A stretch of DNA of 64,000 nt from Macrostomum lignano (lineage: Eukaryota): assembly GCA_002269645.1 (NCBI GenBank), contig NIVC01001731.1, forward strand, positions 148,272 to 212,271, read 5' to 3'. Shown here piece by piece: positions 61,590 through 64,000 of this stretch. Below the pieces are notes generated by a model. It was not told the origin of the DNA. It searched no databases and saw only the letters and a list, made by a program, of their open reading frames with translations. A program made the translations under genes and the position numbers. The first letter of the stretch is position 1. Each line of letters opens with the position of its first letter.

Positions 61590-62007
61590 CTTTTGGCCAG
61601 AGAGACAGAGACAGGGAGAAACAGAGCCTTGCCAGTAACTTGGAAAGAGTCAAAATTGTATTGAACGGCTGGCTCTTATACTAAGCTTAGGCTATCTATA
61701 AAACTCAATACCCGATTGTTAATAAGCATTGAAGAGGCCAGTTATGCTAGCAGACTTCAGCTAGCTAACTAAAACATACAAATAGGATATGGCTGAAGAG
61801 AATATAAACTTTCTGCATAGGGAGAGTGTAGCTTAGAGACAGGAAACTCGCCTTAGCGACCAAGACCAAGCAACAACAGCTGCTTAGTGTGCTTGGCCAC
61901 TCCTAAGCTTTTTTCCACTACCTCTCTGTCGGGGTACCTCTTTCCTGAATGGACAGTTGGGGTCGGGTTAAGCTTTTCTACTTAGCCATATTAAGCATTT
62001 TTTTCAA

Positions 62008-62520
62008 AGTCCAGCTCCTAACTGCAGATGTGTGAGCTTATCATGTACATGTGCAATGTCAGCTCTTCAGCTCCTAACTGCAGATGTGTGAGCTTATCAT
62101 GTACATGTGCAATGTCAGCTCTTCAGCTCCTAACTGCAGATGTGTGAGCTTATCATGTACATGTGCAATGACAGCTCTTCAGCTCCTAACTGCAGATTTG
62201 TGAGCTTATCATGTACATGTGCAATGACAGCTCTTCAGCTCCTAACTGCAGATTTGTGAGCTTATCATGTACATGTGCAATGACAGCTCTTCAGCTCCTA
62301 ACTGCAGATTTGTGAGCTTATCATGTACATGTGCAATGACAGCTCTTCAGCTCCTAACTGCAGATTTGTGAGCTTATCATGTACATGTGCAATGACAGCT
62401 CTTCAGCTCCTAACTGCAGATTTGTGAGCTTATCATGTACATGTGCAATGACAGCTCTTCAGCTCCTAACTGCAGATGTGTGAGCTTATCATGTACATGT
62501 GCAATGACAGCTTTTCAGCT
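62008..62520. repeat. 56-bp minisatellite, about 9 copies
   Basis: CAGCTCTTCAGCTCCTAACTGCAGATTTGTGAGCTTATCATGTACATGTGCAATGA. Confidence 0.97.
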
Positions 62521-62569
62521 TACACAAGTGGCCGAGCAAATGATATTAGACGATTTCGCTATTTCTGTT

Positions 62570-62929
62570 TTTTTTATTAGAGGCAGGGGGGTTGTATACA
62601 CCCTGGCGCACTTTAAGCGACATAGGCACACAACCGGCGAGAGGCATTACTGCCCATTCCGCCGACTCCCCTGAGCAGGCATACAAGCGCGCGGATACGT
62701 ACGCAGGCACACACTCACACAGGAGTGTACAGCGGCCCTAACTTTATATTATTGTTAGGCATGTACACTTCACTGCGCCTTGGGGGTTGGCTCTCAAGGC
62801 CGTTAATTGCACGAGCAGAGCCAAGCCGAGATTCCAATTCAGCCCCAAATTAATGTGACTGCACTTGGAATCGAGCCCGGGTCGCTGGCACACCAGAGCA
62901 GCTGCGCTACCGCTGGGCTACGGCCCCCC
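62570..62929 (-). mobile_element. tRNA-derived SINE, full length (360 bp)
   Basis: Head GGGGGGCCGTAGCCCAGCGG (A box), GGGCTCGATTCC (B box), tail CTAATAAAAAAA, 14-bp TSD TCGCTATTTCTGTT (62556-62569, 62930-62943). Confidence 0.88.
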
Positions 62930-63004
62930 TCGCTATTTCTGTTATCTGGGTCAAAATTTTTTTAAGCAGGTTTTAAATTTGTTAATTGGTGGTGTAATTA
63001 ACAA

Positions 63005-63645
63005 TTAGGGTTGGGTGAGGTGAGAGAGTGTTAGCAAGTGCAATTAGGGGTGGGTGAGAATGAGATGAGGGTTAGCAGGTGCAATTAGGGGTGGGTGAGG
63101 TGAGAGAGAGTTAGCAGGTGCAATTAGGGGTGGGTGAGAATGAGATGAGGGTTAGCAGGTGCAATTAGGGGTGGGTGAGGTGAGAGAGAGTTAGCAGGTG
63201 CAATTAGGGGTGGGTGAGATAAGAGAGAGTTAGCAGGTGCAATTAGGGGCGGGTGAGGTGAGAGAGAGTTAGCAGGTGCAATTAGGGGTGGGTGAGGTGA
63301 GAGAGTTAGCAGCTGCAATTAGAGGTGGGTGAGGTGAGAGAGAGTTAGCAGGTGCAATTAGGGGTGGGTGAGGTAAGAGAGAGTTAGCAGGTGCAATTAG
63401 GGGCGGGTGAGGTGAGAGAGAGTTAGCAGGTGCAAATAGGGGTGGGTGAGGTGAGAGAGTTAGCAGCTGCAATTAGAGGTGGGTGAGGTGAGAGAGAGTT
63501 AGCAGCTGCAATTAGGGGTGGGTGAGATGAGGGTTAGCAGGTGCAATTTGGGGTGGGTGAGGTGAGAGAGAGTTAGCAGCTGCAATTAGGGGTGGGTGAG
63601 GTAAGAGAGAGTTAGCAGGTGCAGTTAGGGGTGGGTAAGGTGAGA
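63005..63645. repeat. 39-bp G-rich minisatellite
   Basis: GTTAGCAGGTGCAATTAGGGGTGGGTGAGGTGAGAGAGA. Confidence 0.95.
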
Positions 63646-63714
63646 GAAGTGTAGCCGATCAAGCAATAAAAGTGACACACAAGTAGACGCAGGTGAACAC
63701 GGGCAGAAACTTAC

Positions 63715-64000
63715 ACTGTCATCTTCAGCCAGCCGCGGACTCGCACTAGAACGAGGCGATGTTGTCAAGAGTTCAGCATCAGCGGCGGGCGACTGCTCCA
63801 AACCGCTGTCGCAGGTGGTGGAGTCGGTGGCTACAATGGAGGCCTCGACAGCGTTGGCAGCGGCTGCAGCTGCATCAGCCAATGCAATGTCCCCATCAGC
63901 GCTAGCCTGGGTGACTCGATTTGGAGGCAATCGAAATGTGGAACGGAATGAATTGCGATTAAATGATGGATTGGAGTCCACAACTGTGGCATTGGGCGCA
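63715..64000 (-). CDS. Partial exon open to the window edge, likely an N-terminal part of the TACC gene
   Basis: Open frame from 63999 (APNATVVDSNPSFNRNSFRSTFRLPP..RLAEDDS), strong donor GTAAGT at 63714. Confidence 0.6.

Overview
Eukaryotic (metazoan) genomic DNA with spliceosomal GT-AG genes. GC-rich exons plus introns packed with tandem repeats suggest a free-living flatworm such as Macrostomum, but that is inference only. Six recognisable genes all lie on the minus strand, in transcription order: a TACC coiled-coil protein (57921 to probably the window end), type II phosphatidylinositol 4-kinase (48143-38065), ARPC3 (35489-34685), an intronless divergent RPS10 (33367-32915), a VOPP1/WBP1-type membrane protein (~31050-29797), and myosin VIIa (23628 to the 165-N gap at 9476-9640; tail domains absent). 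On the plus strand are a frameshifted CNK-type SAM exon beside the gap and an intronless 410-aa orphan gene nested in a PI4K2 intron. Mobile DNA includes a full mariner whose transposase is split by a 297-bp hAT-type MITE, a miniature LTR element, two copies of a DINE-1/Lep1-like element, two copies of a tRNA-derived SINE and several MITEs. There are about 30 distinct micro/minisatellite arrays. The best leads are (1) the MITE whose 8-bp target duplication AAG|GTGGT supplies splice sites that would restore the transposase exactly, (2) up to three alternative first coding exons of myosin VII, (3) the nested KH-like orphan, and (4) a private minisatellite in nearly every intron. All coordinates were counted by hand and no database searches were run.
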